A stretch of 64,000 nucleotides of DNA from Clostridia bacterium (lineage in GTDB: Bacteria; Bacillota; Clostridia; TANB77; CAG-508), in the NCBI GenBank assembly GCA_022790975.1, contig JAAVYF010000021.1, positions 19,605 through 83,604 on the forward strand. The letters are read 5' to 3'. The notes under the pieces are model-generated. The model was given only the letters and a program-made list of their open reading frames with translations, had not been told where the DNA came from and searched no databases. A program made the translations under genes and the position numbers. Positions 33,782-45,862 of the stretch are shown one piece after another (the stretch's first letter is position 1; every line of letters starts with the position of its first letter).

Positions 33782-36289
33782 ATGAGTAGTGAAAAAAATA
33801 AAAAAAATGAGGCTACCAGAAGATTAAGTTCAGAAGAAGTTAATAAACATGCAAAAACAAAACCTACTAAATCATCTTCTGAAACACAAGTAGTTGGAAA
33901 AGTTAATTTAAAAGACGATTTAAAAAAATCTAAAAATAAAAAAAATGAAAATAAAGATAAAAAGAAAAAAAAGAAATTTAAAGATAGACACCCTAGAATT
34001 ACAACAATTATAAGAATAATTTTAATAATATTATTACTATGTGTAATAATTGTAGCAGGAATTATTTTTGGAGCTATATGGGGAGGATATAATTTCTTTG
34101 ATTTATTAGGAGATGATTATCAAATAGATATTTCAGAATTAGTTGTAGGTTCTGAAAATTCAATGGTATATGATGCTGATGGAAATGAAATAGCTGTTCT
34201 AAGTTCAGGAACAAAAAGAGTAAGTGTTAGTTTAGATGAAATGAGTCCATATCTTCCAAAAGCCTATGTTGCAATAGAAGATGAAAGATTTTATGACCAT
34301 AGTGGAGTAGACTTTAAAAGAACTGCTGCTGCTACTGTAACATTTATTACACATGGTGGAAAATCTTCTTTTGGTGGAAGTACAATAACACAACAAGTTG
34401 TTAAAAATATAACAAACGATAAAGAAGATACTGCTTTAAGAAAAGTAAAAGAAATGGTTAAAGCACTTCAAGTTGAACATTATTTATCAAAAGAACAAAT
34501 ATTAGAATTATATTTAAACCTTATATTTGTTGGTGGTAAAAATGTTAATGGAGTTTCTTTAGGTGCAGTTTATTATTTTAATAAAGATGTTAAAGAATTA
34601 AGCCTAGCAGAATGTGCATATATGGCTGCTATAAACAATACACCAAATAGTTATAACCCTTTTGATAAAGAATCAGATAAAGAAGGAGATAAAGAAAAAA
34701 GAATAGAAAAAGGAGAAAAAAGAGCTAAAACTGTTTTATCAAAAATGAAATCATTAGGATATATAACAAATGAAGAATACGATATAGCAGTTAAAGAAGT
34801 AGATGAAGGACTTCATTTTAATAATGGAGATACAAGTATTACTACACAAGTTTCTTATCAAACAGAAGCTGCTTTGGAAGAAATTTTAGACCAGATGGTT
34901 AAAGAAATGAATATTTCAAAAGAACTAGCTGAAATTAAATTATATAGTAGTGGATATAAAATATATACAACAGAAAAGCCAAGTATACAAGCAAGACTTG
35001 AAGAAGAGATGTCTAAAGATTATTATTTAATAACATCAAAAGAAACTGGTCAAACATCTATGGCTTCAATGACTATAATAGATCCAAAAACTGGTAATGT
35101 TGTTGCATCAAGCGCTGGAATTGGAGCAGATAGAACTAAAACTTATTTAGGTTACTTTAATTATGTAACAGATTTAAAAAAGCAAACAGGTTCTTCTATT
35201 AAACCATTAGCTGTTGTTGCAGCAGGGCTTGAAAATAATAAAATAAATGCAGCATCTGTTTTTTATGATGGACCTACTACTTTCCCAGGAGTAAAAAATG
35301 CTAATGGAACTTTAAAAGTTTTCAAAAATGAAGGTGCTTACAGATATTATTACATGACATTAAGAGAAGCTATTGCCTTTTCTCAAAATATTCCAAACTT
35401 AAAGGCAATGTCTTTAATTGGAGTAGCTAATTCTGCTAAATTCTGTCAAAGTATTGGATTAGATGATATTACAGGAAATGAAGGAATTACGCTTGCATTA
35501 GGTGCTTTAACTCATGGAGTTTCAACAGTTCAAATGGCAGCAGCTTATGCAATGATTTCAAATAATGGTATTTATATTGAACCAACATTTTATAGTAAAG
35601 TTACAGATAAAAGTGGAAATATAATTGTTGAACCAAAATCTGTTGAAGATAGATCAACTAGAGTAATGAGTGCAGCAAATGCATATATTGTTAAAAATGT
35701 TATGACAGGTCCAGTTAATCATCCAGGAGGAACAGCACCATATGCTGCTATACCAGGAAAAGATGTTGGAGCAAAAACAGGAACAACAAACGATAACTTT
35801 GATAGATGGCTTGTAGAATTCACTAATTATTATGCAGCTGCATGTTGGTTTGGATATGAGAAAAATGCAGAGGTTTATTGGAGTAAAACGTGGAACCCTG
35901 CAGGAACATTATGTTCAAATGTTATGAAAGATATTCATAGTGACCTTCCAGAAAGTCATTTTGAGCAACCAAATAATATAGTAACAAAAACAGTATGTAA
36001 ATATTCAGGAATGCTTGCTGGAGATGGTTGTTCAGAAACTTATCAAGAGATATTTGTTTCAGGAACAGAGCCAGGAGTTTGTGATAGACATACTACAGTT
36101 AAAATTTGTAATGAAACAAACCTTTTAGCAAGTGAGTATTGTCAAAATTATAGTGAACAAAGTAGATTAAATATACCAGTTACAGAAGCTTCTGGAAATT
36201 GGAATACAACTTATGGTGATAATGCAGGCGTAGCTATTCCAACTGAAGTTTGTCCTCATGGAGCTGATAGTTATCCTTATGAAGATTAA
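33782..36289 (+). CDS. Class A penicillin-binding protein (transglycosylase + transpeptidase)
   Basis: N-terminal TM helix. GT51 motifs (EDERFYDHSGVD, GGSTITQQ) and transpeptidase motifs STIKP, SQN and KTGTT. Confidence 0.85.
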   Translation: MSSEKNKKNEATRRLSSEEVNKHAKTKPTKSSSETQVVGKVNLKDDLKKSKNKKNENKDKKKKKKFKDRHPRITTIIRIILIILLLCVIIVAGIIFGAIWGGYNFFDLLGDDYQIDISELVVGSENSMVYDADGNEIAVLSSGTKRVSVSLDEMSPYLPKAYVAIEDERFYDHSGVDFKRTAAATVTFITHGGKSSFGGSTITQQVVKNITNDKEDTALRKVKEMVKALQVEHYLSKEQILELYLNLIFVGGKNVNGVSLGAVYYFNKDVKELSLAECAYMAAINNTPNSYNPFDKESDKEGDKEKRIEKGEKRAKTVLSKMKSLGYITNEEYDIAVKEVDEGLHFNNGDTSITTQVSYQTEAALEEILDQMVKEMNISKELAEIKLYSSGYKIYTTEKPSIQARLEEEMSKDYYLITSKETGQTSMASMTIIDPKTGNVVASSAGIGADRTKTYLGYFNYVTDLKKQTGSSIKPLAVVAAGLENNKINAASVFYDGPTTFPGVKNANGTLKVFKNEGAYRYYYMTLREAIAFSQNIPNLKAMSLIGVANSAKFCQSIGLDDITGNEGITLALGALTHGVSTVQMAAAYAMISNNGIYIEPTFYSKVTDKSGNIIVEPKSVEDRSTRVMSAANAYIVKNVMTGPVNHPGGTAPYAAIPGKDVGAKTGTTNDNFDRWLVEFTNYYAAACWFGYEKNAEVYWSKTWNPAGTLCSNVMKDIHSDLPESHFEQPNNIVTKTVCKYSGMLAGDGCSETYQEIFVSGTEPGVCDRHTTVKICNETNLLASEYCQNYSEQSRLNIPVTEASGNWNTTYGDNAGVAIPTEVCPHGADSYPYED

Positions 36290-36428
36290 TTTTAATTAGA
36301 ACTTAATATAAAAGTTAATATAATTTAGTTTATAGATAAATATAATTTATAGTTAATAAATAATTTAATTTGTATTAAGTTCTAATAATAATTATATATA
36401 CGATAGGTTTAAAGAAAGGAGAAATCAT

Positions 36429-37809
36429 ATGAAAGTTTTTAATACATTAACTAGAACTAAAGATGAGTTTGCACCAATTGATAAAAAAGAGGTTCGTATG
36501 TATTCATGTGGTCCAACAGTATATAACTATGCACATATTGGAAATTTAAGAGCATATCTTTTTATGGATAATTTACGTAGAGTTCTAAAATATAATGGTT
36601 ATAATTTAAAACATGTTATGAATATAACAGATGTTGGGCATTTAACTTCAGATAGTGATGAAGGTGAAGACAAAATGTTAAAGGCTGCTCGACGTGAAAA
36701 TAAAAATCCATTTGAAATAGCAGACTTTTATATGAATGAATTCTTAAAAGATATAGATAAATTAAATATTGATAGACCTGAAATTATTGCAAGAGCTACA
36801 GAGCATATAGATATTATGGAAGAATATGTAAAAAAAATTATAGAAAACGGATATACTTATAAAACAGAAGACACAGTATATTTTGATACTTCAAAATTAG
36901 ATAAATATGGGGTTTTATCTAATAGAAATGTAGATGAACAAAAAGCTGGTGCAAGAGTTGAATTTGATAATGGCAAAAAGAATATATCAGATTTTGCTAT
37001 TTGGATTAAGGCGCCAGATAATCACATAATGAAATGGGATTCTTTTTTTGGAAAGTCATATCCAGGCTGGCATTTAGAGTGTTCTGCAATGAGTTACAAA
37101 TATTTAGGAGAGCATTTTGATATTCATACAGGTCGGAATAGATCATATTCCAATTCATCATGAAAATGAAATTGCTCAAAGTAAAGGTTTTTCAGGAAAA
37201 ATACCAGCAAATTATTGGATGCATGTAAATTTTCTATTAGTTAATGGAGAAAAAATGTCTAAAAGTTTAAATAATTTATATACATTAGAAGATTTAAATT
37301 CTAAAGGATATGAACCTTTAGTATATAAAATGTTTAATTTTACATCTAGTTATAGAAACCAAATTAATTTTACTTGGGAAGCAATGGATTCTGCTAAAAT
37401 AGCATTAGGAAGATTAAGAGAAGGTTATATAAAACATTGTAATGGAGAAATTAAAATTCCATTAGAAGAAATTCAAGAATATGAAAATAAATTTTTAAAT
37501 GCTATAAATGATGATTTAAATATGCAAGTAGCGATGAGTGTTGTTTGGGATGTTATTAAAAATACTAAAAAATCTAAAGATTTTCAAAAATTGCTTTTAA
37601 AGTTTGATGAAGTTTTAGGACTAGATTTAAAAAATTATAAACCAGAAGAAAATAAACTTCCAGAAAAAATTCAAAAATTAGTTGAATTAAGAGATGAAGC
37701 AAGAAAAAATAAAAATTGGACTGAATCAGATAAATTAAGAGATGAATTAATTTCAAATGGATACAACGTCAAAGACACAAAAAATGGAACAATAGTATCT
37801 TTAATTTAA
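36429..37809 (+). CDS. cysS: Cysteine--tRNA ligase, frameshifted by a C insertion at 37134
   Basis: HIGN (HIGH) and KMSKS motifs. Deleting C37134 restores ...HTGGIDHIPIHHENEIAQS..., joining ORFs 36429-37163 and 37117-37809. Confidence 0.88.
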
Positions 37810-37923
37810 TATTATTTTAAGATTAAAATTATATATTCCATATAGTTTTATAAATTAACTATATGGAATAAGTTTGGTTTATAGATTTTCCAAAAATCTA
37901 AATAAAGTTTTAAAGGAACCAAA

Positions 37924-38976
37924 ATGAAATTACTAGAAGATAAAGATAAAATAAGATATAAAGAATTTTTAGAAGGACATAAAAGATGCAATTTCCAACA
38001 ATCTCTTGAATGGGGAAATGTTAAAGATTCTTGGATAAAAGAAGTAATTTTATCAGAAAATAAAGAAGGAGAAATTCGAGGAAGTTTATGTGTATGGATT
38101 CGAAAAATTCCTATTTTTGGAAATATTATGTATGTTTCAAGAGGTCCAGTATGTGATTTACATGATAAAGAAATATTTAAAGATTTTTTATGTGGAGCTA
38201 ATGAACTTGCCAAAAAATATAATGCTTTTGTTTTAAGAATGGAGCCAGATGTAGAAAAAAATGATGAAAAGTTTAGAGAAATAGTAACAGATTTAGGATT
38301 TAAAATTAAAGATGATAGTAAAGACTTTAAAGATGAAATTCAACCAAGATTTGTATTTCAATTAGATTTAAGAGGAAAAGATAAAGATACTATTTTTAAA
38401 GAATTTCATCAAAAAACAAGATATAATATCAGATTAGCAACTAAAAAAGGCGTTGAAATTAAGTTTGGAACAAAAGAAGATTTAAAAGATTTTCATAAAA
38501 TAATGGTTGAAACAGGAAAACGTGACGATTTCTTAATACGCTCATTATCATATTTTGAAAAAATGTATGATGAATTAGCACCAAATCATATGAAATTAGT
38601 AATGGCATATTATGAAGGACAACCTATAGCTGGAATTATTCCTATTATGTATGGAAATAAAATGTGGTATTTATATGGAGCAAGTAGTAATTCTAAAAGA
38701 AATCTTATGCCAAATTATTTATTACAATGGACAATGATACAAGAAGCAATAGAACAAGGAAAAGATATGTATGATTTTAGAGGTGTTTCAGGAGTTGTAG
38801 ATGAGAATCATCCACAATATGGGTTATACAGATTTAAAAAAGGATTTAATGCACGTTTTGTAGAGTTTATTGGTGAAGTTTATTTACCATATAAACCTTT
38901 AAAATATAAATTATATAAATTTGCAGAAAAAACATTTAGAACATTTAGAAGTTTAAAGAAAAAATTTATGAAATAG
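37924..38976 (+). CDS. FemAB-family peptidoglycan interpeptide-bridge aminoacyltransferase
   Basis: Length and motif pattern match FemX/FmhB-type tRNA-dependent transferases (GNAT-like halves). It sits in a cell-wall context with alr. Confidence 0.7.
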   Translation: MKLLEDKDKIRYKEFLEGHKRCNFQQSLEWGNVKDSWIKEVILSENKEGEIRGSLCVWIRKIPIFGNIMYVSRGPVCDLHDKEIFKDFLCGANELAKKYNAFVLRMEPDVEKNDEKFREIVTDLGFKIKDDSKDFKDEIQPRFVFQLDLRGKDKDTIFKEFHQKTRYNIRLATKKGVEIKFGTKEDLKDFHKIMVETGKRDDFLIRSLSYFEKMYDELAPNHMKLVMAYYEGQPIAGIIPIMYGNKMWYLYGASSNSKRNLMPNYLLQWTMIQEAIEQGKDMYDFRGVSGVVDENHPQYGLYRFKKGFNARFVEFIGEVYLPYKPLKYKLYKFAEKTFRTFRSLKKKFMK

Positions 38977-39106
38977 ATTAAAATTAAAAACTTTATATAT
39001 TAAAAATTTTATTATTATAAAATAAGTTAAAGATTTTGTTATTATAAAATAAATTAGAATTTATTATACTAAATAAAAAATATAAACTTTTATTCTTGAA
39101 AGGAAA

Positions 39107-40209
39107 ATGAAAGTGAAAAAGCTTGAAATAAACCAAAAAGATTTAAAAGAAAACTTAGAAAAAATAAAAAATAAAATAGATATATCAAAAACTGAAATTA
39201 TAGCAATTGTAAAAGCAAATGGAATGGGTTTAGATTTAATTAAGTATTCTAAATTTTTGATAGAAAATGATATTAAAACTTTGGCAGTAGCAAATACTTT
39301 TGAAGCAATAGAGTTAAGAAAAGCTCAAATAACTGCTAATATAATAATGCTTTCTGAAATTTATTCTGAAAAAGAGCTTGAAGAATTGATAGAAAATGAT
39401 ATAATTTTAACTATTGGTAATTTAGAAGAAAAAAACAAAATTGAAGAAATTGCTAAAAAAAAGGAAAAAGTTATACAAGCTCATGTAAAAATTGATACTG
39501 GTTTTGGAAGATATCGGATTTATATATAAAAATGATTCTGAAATTTTAGAAGCAGTAAAATCATCTGAACAATTAAAAATTACAGGTATTTATACACATT
39601 TTTCTAAGTCTATAAATTTTAAATGGACACATATCCAATTTGAAAGGTTTACAAATTTAATCTCTAAAATAAAAGAAATAAATAATGAAGTTATTTTTCA
39701 TTGTTCAAGTTCAACAGCAGCTTTATTATATCCAGAGATGAATTTAGACGCAGTAAGACTTGGTTCATGTATTCAGGGAAGAGTTCTTAAAAATCATTTA
39801 GAATTAAAGAAAATTGGAAATTTTAAATCTGAAATTGTTACAATAAAAGAAATAGAAAAAGGATATAATATTAGTTATGGTAATAAATTTAAAGCAAAAA
39901 AGAACATGAAAATTGCAGTTATACCAGTTCGGATATATGGATGGACTTAATCTAAAAAATTGTAGAGATACTTTTGGATTTATAGATAATATTATATCTA
40001 TTGGCATGGAAATAAAAAAAGTATTTACAAGACCTAAATTAACTGTTAATATAAATAATAAGGTTTTTAATATAATAGGAAGACTTGGAATGTATCATTC
40101 AATTGTTGATATTACAAAAGGAGATAATTTAAATATAGGTGATGAAGTTATATTAGATATATCTCCAATGTATGCAAATATAAATATTAGAAGGGAGTAC
40201 ATTAAATAG
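39107..40209 (+). CDS. alr: Alanine racemase, frameshifted by C insertions at 39515 and 39930
   Basis: PLP-lysine region AIVKANGMG. Deleting C39515 gives GRYGFIYKND and deleting C39930 gives PVGYMDGLNL, fusing three ORFs. Confidence 0.8.
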
Positions 40210-40217
40210 TGGAAAAT

Positions 40218-41240
40218 ATGGAAAAAATAGGATTCTTTAAAAGAATAAAACTTTCAGTATTTAATTTAGAGAATTACAAAACATTTGCAAATGAAAAATT
40301 TTCGAAAGCAATTAAATATATATTTATTCTTATAACTATTGCTGTTGTTATATTATCAATAGTTTCAGCAATACAGTTAAATAAAGATATTTCTAGATTG
40401 CTAGATTATGTAGAATCAGAATTTCCTGACTTTTCAATAAAAGATGGAAAATTAGAAGTTGAAAAAAAATTAGAAGCATATGATAAAGATTATGATATGA
40501 AATTAATTGTTGATACTAGTGATGAAGTAAGTGAAGAAACATTAAAAGCTTATAAAGATAAATCTAGAGAGAGTATGTATTCAATAATTCTTTTAAAAGA
40601 TAAAGTAATTTATAGAGTAAAAGAATTAAGTAATGAAGAAAAAGAAACTCATTATACTAGTATTATGGATACATTAAAAATATCTAATATAACTAAATCT
40701 GAAATGATACAAAAATACTTTAATTCAAATATGAGAAGAGATATAAGTATAATAGTATGGGTTTATGCATTTTTATCATTATATCTTATAAATTTAAAAA
40801 TAGTAATACAAGATGTTTTAATTGTTGCAATATTCGGTTGGATTGCTGCTAGATTAACTAGAGTAACATTAAAGTTTTCTCAAACAGCATCACTTGCAAT
40901 ATATTCTTTAACATTGTCTATTATATTAAGTACAGTTTATGCTGTTGTAAGTGCATTTTATGATTTTGAAATAAGCTATTTTTCAGTAATGTATATGTTA
41001 ATTAGCTATATTTATATGGTTGCTGCAATTATGATTATGAAAGATAATTTTAATGATACAGCAGGAGAAGCAGTTACTGTTGAAGGTCAAGTCATGAAAA
41101 CAGATTCTGATGAAGAAAATGAAGATGATGAAAGTAAAGAAAATGAAGATAATAAAAAAGATGATTATAAAAAGAAAAAATTAAAAGATAAATTAGACGA
41201 AGAAGATGATGATGATGAGTTTGACAATATGGAAGATTAA
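40218..41240 (+). CDS. Hypothetical polytopic membrane protein (DUF1189-like) with a highly acidic C-terminal tail
   Basis: N-terminal TM, an extracytoplasmic domain, 4-5 further TM helices, then a D/E-rich tail. Confidence 0.45.
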   Translation: MEKIGFFKRIKLSVFNLENYKTFANEKFSKAIKYIFILITIAVVILSIVSAIQLNKDISRLLDYVESEFPDFSIKDGKLEVEKKLEAYDKDYDMKLIVDTSDEVSEETLKAYKDKSRESMYSIILLKDKVIYRVKELSNEEKETHYTSIMDTLKISNITKSEMIQKYFNSNMRRDISIIVWVYAFLSLYLINLKIVIQDVLIVAIFGWIAARLTRVTLKFSQTASLAIYSLTLSIILSTVYAVVSAFYDFEISYFSVMYMLISYIYMVAAIMIMKDNFNDTAGEAVTVEGQVMKTDSDEENEDDESKENEDNKKDDYKKKKLKDKLDEEDDDDEFDNMED

Positions 41241-41257
41241 ATTGAAAGGAGTGGCAA

Positions 41258-43082
41258 ATGGCTGATAATAAACCAAATGGTAATAACAACAATAAAAATA
41301 AAGATAATAAGTTTTATATTGTAATGGTTCCAATTTTAGCTTTATGTATAGTGATACGGATTTTTAATATATAGTTTTTTTGAAAATAAATCTGAAGATG
41401 CAATGGCTTATGATAAATTATTATTATCAATTCAAAATCAAGAAGTAGAAAAAATTGAAATGGAAGTTGGTAGTACAACTTTAAAAGTAATAATGAAAGG
41501 CGACGAAAAGGAAGCAGATAGAACAGAAACAGCAAATGTTCCTAGCCTTCAGGCTTTTATGGAATGGGTAAATGATAAAATTGATAAAAAAGAAGTAGAT
41601 GTTGAAATTGTTGAAAATACTCCAAATGCATTTATGTCATTTTTAGGAAATATAGTAGCTTATGTTCCAACTATATTATTAGTTGTATTAATTCTATTAG
41701 TGTTTAAGATGCAAGGTCTTGGAGGAGATAGCGGAAAAATTTATGGTGGAGATGACGGCAAAAAGAGTAAAGTTAAATTTGCTGATGTTGCTGGATTAGA
41801 AGAAGAAAAAAGCGAACTAGTAGAAATTGTTGACTTTTTAAAGAAGCCAGATGAATATATTAAAATGGGAGCTAAGATTCCTAGAGGAATTTTATTATAT
41901 GGTAAGCCAGGAACAGGAAAAACGCTTATAGCAAAAGCAATTGCTGGAGAAGCAGGTGTTCCATTTATTTCTATGAGTGGTTCTGAATTTATAGAAATGT
42001 TTGCAGGTCTTGGGGCGTCTAGAGTTAGAAAGTTATTTGAAAGAGCAAAAAAAATGTCACCTTGTATAGTATTTATTGATGAAATTGATGCTATTGGTTC
42101 TAGAAGAACTAGTAATAGTGGGGCTGAAAGTGAAAATAATCAAACTTTAAACCAATTATTAGTTGAGATGGATGGTTTTGAAACAAAAGAAACAATTATA
42201 GTTTTAGCAGCAACTAATAGACCTGAGATGCTTGATAAAGCTTTACTTCGTCCTGGTAGATTTGATAGACAAATAACAATTCCAGCTCCAGACTTAAATG
42301 GTAGAGTTGAAATTTTAAAATTGCATAGTAAAGATAAGAAATTAGCTGATAATGTAGATTTGAAAGCAATTGCTGGAGATACAGCAGGCTTTACAGGTGC
42401 AGAACTTTCAAATGTATTAAATGAGGCTGCAATTCTTGCAACAAAAGAAAGACATGAGGCTATTGAAAATATTGATATTGAGAATGCAGTAAGAAAGATT
42501 ACTGTTGGTTTAGAAAAACATAATAGAGTAGTATCTGAAAAAGACAAGAAATTAACAGCATATCATGAAGCTGGACATGCTGTTGTTAGTAGATTTTTAT
42601 CATCTCAAAATGATGTTAAAGAAATTTCAATAATTCCTAGAGGTGTAGCTGGTGGCTATACTATGTATAAAACAACAGAAGATAAATATTATGTTTCAAG
42701 AACAGAATTATTAGAAAAAATGGTAGCATTAATGGGTGGTAGAGCAGCAGAAAAATTAGTATTAAATGAGATTTCAACTGGTGCAAGTAATGATTTAGAA
42801 GTTGCAACTGGAATTGCCAGAGATATGCTAACAGTTTATGGTATGAGTGATTCTTTAGGTCCTATTTCTTTAAAAGTTGATAAAGCTTATGAATTAGAAA
42901 TCTTTGGAGAAGAAGTTGTAAATGAAGTTGGAAATCAAATAAAATCTTTAATAGATAATTCTTATATTGCAGCTCAAAAAATTCTATCTGAACATAGAGA
43001 AGTACTAGATAAAGTTGCATATGCTTTAATGGAAAAAGAAAAAATTACAAGTGAAGAATTTGAAAAATTTTTTGAAGAATAG
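41258..43082 (+). CDS. ftsH: ATP-dependent zinc metalloprotease FtsH, frameshifted by a C insertion at 41357
   Basis: AAA motifs GPPGTGKT and the HEAGH zinc site. The N-terminal TM segment, ORF 41258-41380 (MADNKPNG...FYIVMVPILALCIV), is reunited with the body when C41357 is deleted (...IVIGFLIYSFFENKSEDAMAYDKLL...). Confidence 0.85.
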
Positions 43083-43144
43083 AATTAAATTTTAATTTGC
43101 TTTTTCTTTTATAAAAAATGAAACAAAAAAGCTTTAGAATAATT

Positions 43145-43198
43145 GAAGTGAATCCTTCTTATTAAACTTAATCTTGTTTAATAATTTGGATTCACTTC
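43145..43198. terminator. 11-bp perfect inverted repeat (GAAGTGAATCC / GGATTCACTTC) with a 32-nt loop
   Basis: It lies 60 nt after the ftsH stop and is flanked by AAAGCTTT on both sides. A possible terminator or protein-binding palindrome. Confidence 0.35.
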
Positions 43199-43219
43199 AT
43201 TGATTTTAAAGCTTTTATT

Positions 43220-43395
43220 ATAAATTCATATTAATATTTAATTCTAATAAAAATAAAATTCATATTTTAGTACGTAGTTTTAATAAAAAAATACTATATC
43301 TTTTATTTAGCTTTACTAAAAGATAATTCATATTTTAGTATATAGTTTTAATTAAAATAAAATTTACATTTTAGTATTTAATTAAAATTAAAGTT
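43220..43395. repeat. Three to four direct repeats of ~30 bp (AAATTCATATTTTAGTAnnTAGTTTTAAT) upstream of the rluA-family gene
   Basis: Copies start near 43222, 43256, 43324 and 43361. Confidence 0.5.
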
Positions 43396-43479
43396 TTCTA
43401 ATATTAATTTTAATTGAAATGTGTTTATTATTATGTTATTATTGATGTGAAAAAATATATATGTAATTAAAAGGTAAAT

Positions 43480-44355
43480 ATGAGAAAAATTATAGTAGAT
43501 AAAAAATATAATGATAAAAAATTAAATAGTGTTTTATTAGATATATTTAAAAATTTAAATATAAATATATTATTTAAAGCTCTTCGTCAAAAAGATATAA
43601 AAATAAATGGAAATAGGGTTAAAGAGAATTTAATAGTTTATGAAAATGATGTAATAGAAGTTTTTATATCTGATGAATTATTATTTGGAAATGAAATTAT
43701 TGATTTTAATATTGCATATGAAGATAAAAATATTTTAGTAATAGACAAGCCACAAGGGATTTCTGTAACAGAAGAGTCGGGAAAAAGTGGTTCATCAAGT
43801 ATAACTCTAACTAAATTAGTTAAAGAAAAATTTGGAAGTGATTTAGAGCCATGTCACAGATTAGATAGAAATACATCTGGAATAGTTTTGTTTGCCAAAA
43901 ATAAGGAAAGTTTAAAGATATTATTTGAAAAGTTTAAAAGTCATGAAATTGAAAAACATTATAAAGCTATGGTTTATGGTATTCCTAAAGAAGAACATAA
44001 AATTTTAAAAGATTATTTATTTAAAGATAGTAAAAAAAATATAGTATATGTTTCAAATATTCCTAAAAAGGGGTATTTAGAAATAATTACAGAATATACA
44101 ATAATTGAAAAGAATATTAAAAATAATACAGCAATTTTAGATATAAATTTACATACAGGTAGAACTCATCAAATTCGTGCGCATCTTTCATTTTTTGGAT
44201 ATCCAATTATAGGGGATGGAAAATATGGTAATTCAGAAATTAATAAGAAGTTTGGAAAAAAATTTCAGGAATTAAGAAGTTATAAAATAAAATTTAGATT
44301 TAATGGAAATAATAGTATTTTAGAATATTTAAATGGGGTGGAAATTTCTGTATAA
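43480..44355 (+). CDS. RluA-family pseudouridine synthase with an N-terminal S4-like domain
   Basis: Catalytic HRLDRNTSG motif and a C-terminal HTGRTHQIRAHL motif. Confidence 0.8.
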   Translation: MRKIIVDKKYNDKKLNSVLLDIFKNLNINILFKALRQKDIKINGNRVKENLIVYENDVIEVFISDELLFGNEIIDFNIAYEDKNILVIDKPQGISVTEESGKSGSSSITLTKLVKEKFGSDLEPCHRLDRNTSGIVLFAKNKESLKILFEKFKSHEIEKHYKAMVYGIPKEEHKILKDYLFKDSKKNIVYVSNIPKKGYLEIITEYTIIEKNIKNNTAILDINLHTGRTHQIRAHLSFFGYPIIGDGKYGNSEINKKFGKKFQELRSYKIKFRFNGNNSILEYLNGVEISV

Positions 44356-44520
44356 AATAAAAAATTACCATAAAAATCTATAGACAATAAATGAATTTAA
44401 GGATAAAATTAGACTAGATATTAAATATTAAGTTAAAAATTAATACATAAATTGTGTTCTAATATCTAACCTCTAACATCTAATATCTAAATATTACCAA
44501 CAAATTTATGGAGTTTATTT

Positions 44521-45849
44521 ATGACAAGTAATAATAGTCATCAAAAATCTCTATCAGAAGTTTTTAAGGAATTAGAGCAAACTAGAAATAGACAAGTTGA
44601 AACATATAATAATATTAATAAACAAAAAGAAGAAACAAGTTTTTTATTTCATGTTAAACATAGAACAAAAATGGATAATATAAAGTTAATTTTAATTGTT
44701 TTGATTATATTATTATCATTTTCAATGTTTTCATCAAATTATATATTTGCTAAAGATCTAGAAATTGATGAAGAAAAAAAGGCAATAGGTAGTTTTGAAA
44801 AAAATGAAGAACCTTGTGATGTTTATGCTATAATTTCCGAAAATATTAGTAGTACATATCAAAAGGAAATTTTTGATAGAGATGAAGAAATTGAATTTGA
44901 AACTGAATATATAGAAAATAAGAACATGCCTAAAGATGAAATAAATGTTATTCAAAATGGTATTGTTGGAAATAAACGTGTTACATATGTTAGAAGCTAT
45001 GAGAATCATAGAATAACTGAAGAAAATTCTATTGGTGAAACTATATTTTCTGAACCACAAAAGGAAATTATAGAAGTAGGAACATCTGAACTTTTAAAAC
45101 AATATAATATACATATTAATGATAAATTATATGTTTCACAAGATATAGAATTAAGAGAAATAGCAAATTCAGAAGGTACAGCTTTAACTACTATTCCTGC
45201 ATATTATGATGTTAAAACTTTAGAGATAGTAGATGATTTATGGGTAAAAGTAGAGTATGAAGAATTTTCTGGTTATATTTTATGTGAATTTTTAACTTCA
45301 GAAACTTTGACTCCAGAAATTGTTGAAATTTGTAGAAAAGCAAAAATATTAAATAGAGTTAATTTTGATATACCTTTAAATGAGCCAAGCGGATTACTTG
45401 AAAGTGATTATCAAAAAATATTGTCAGCTCAAATTCAGGATACTAATAATGTTTTTAAAGAAAATTATAAAGCCTTTTATGATGCTGAGCAAAAGTATGG
45501 AATAAATGGTGTATTTTTATTATCAATAGCAATACATGAAAGTAATTGGGGAAGATCTTTAATTGCAACAAATAAATTTAATTTGTTTGGATTTGGTGCA
45601 TATGATTCATCTCCATATGAATCAGCTGTGACATTTGAATCTTATGCAAATGGAATAGATACAGTGGCTTGTTGGCTTGCATCTAAATATCTTAATTCAG
45701 CTGGTACTGTTTTAAATAGTGGAGATGTTGCATCAGGTACATATTTTAATGGTCCAACTGTTTCAGGAGTAAATACTAGATATGCTTCAGATACAGAATG
45801 GGCAAATAAAGTATATAATACAATGAAAAATATTTATTCAGCTTTATAA
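44521..45849 (+). CDS. Cell-wall hydrolase: TM anchor, G5 domain, and a C-terminal GH73 N-acetylglucosaminidase domain
   Basis: The C-terminus (GINGVFLLSIAIHESNWGRS...FNLFGFGAYDS...Y) matches the mannosyl-glycoprotein endo-beta-N-acetylglucosaminidase family. A G5-like region lies around aa 140-190. Confidence 0.7.
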   Translation: MTSNNSHQKSLSEVFKELEQTRNRQVETYNNINKQKEETSFLFHVKHRTKMDNIKLILIVLIILLSFSMFSSNYIFAKDLEIDEEKKAIGSFEKNEEPCDVYAIISENISSTYQKEIFDRDEEIEFETEYIENKNMPKDEINVIQNGIVGNKRVTYVRSYENHRITEENSIGETIFSEPQKEIIEVGTSELLKQYNIHINDKLYVSQDIELREIANSEGTALTTIPAYYDVKTLEIVDDLWVKVEYEEFSGYILCEFLTSETLTPEIVEICRKAKILNRVNFDIPLNEPSGLLESDYQKILSAQIQDTNNVFKENYKAFYDAEQKYGINGVFLLSIAIHESNWGRSLIATNKFNLFGFGAYDSSPYESAVTFESYANGIDTVACWLASKYLNSAGTVLNSGDVASGTYFNGPTVSGVNTRYASDTEWANKVYNTMKNIYSAL

Positions 45850-45862
45850 ATAGGGGGAAATT

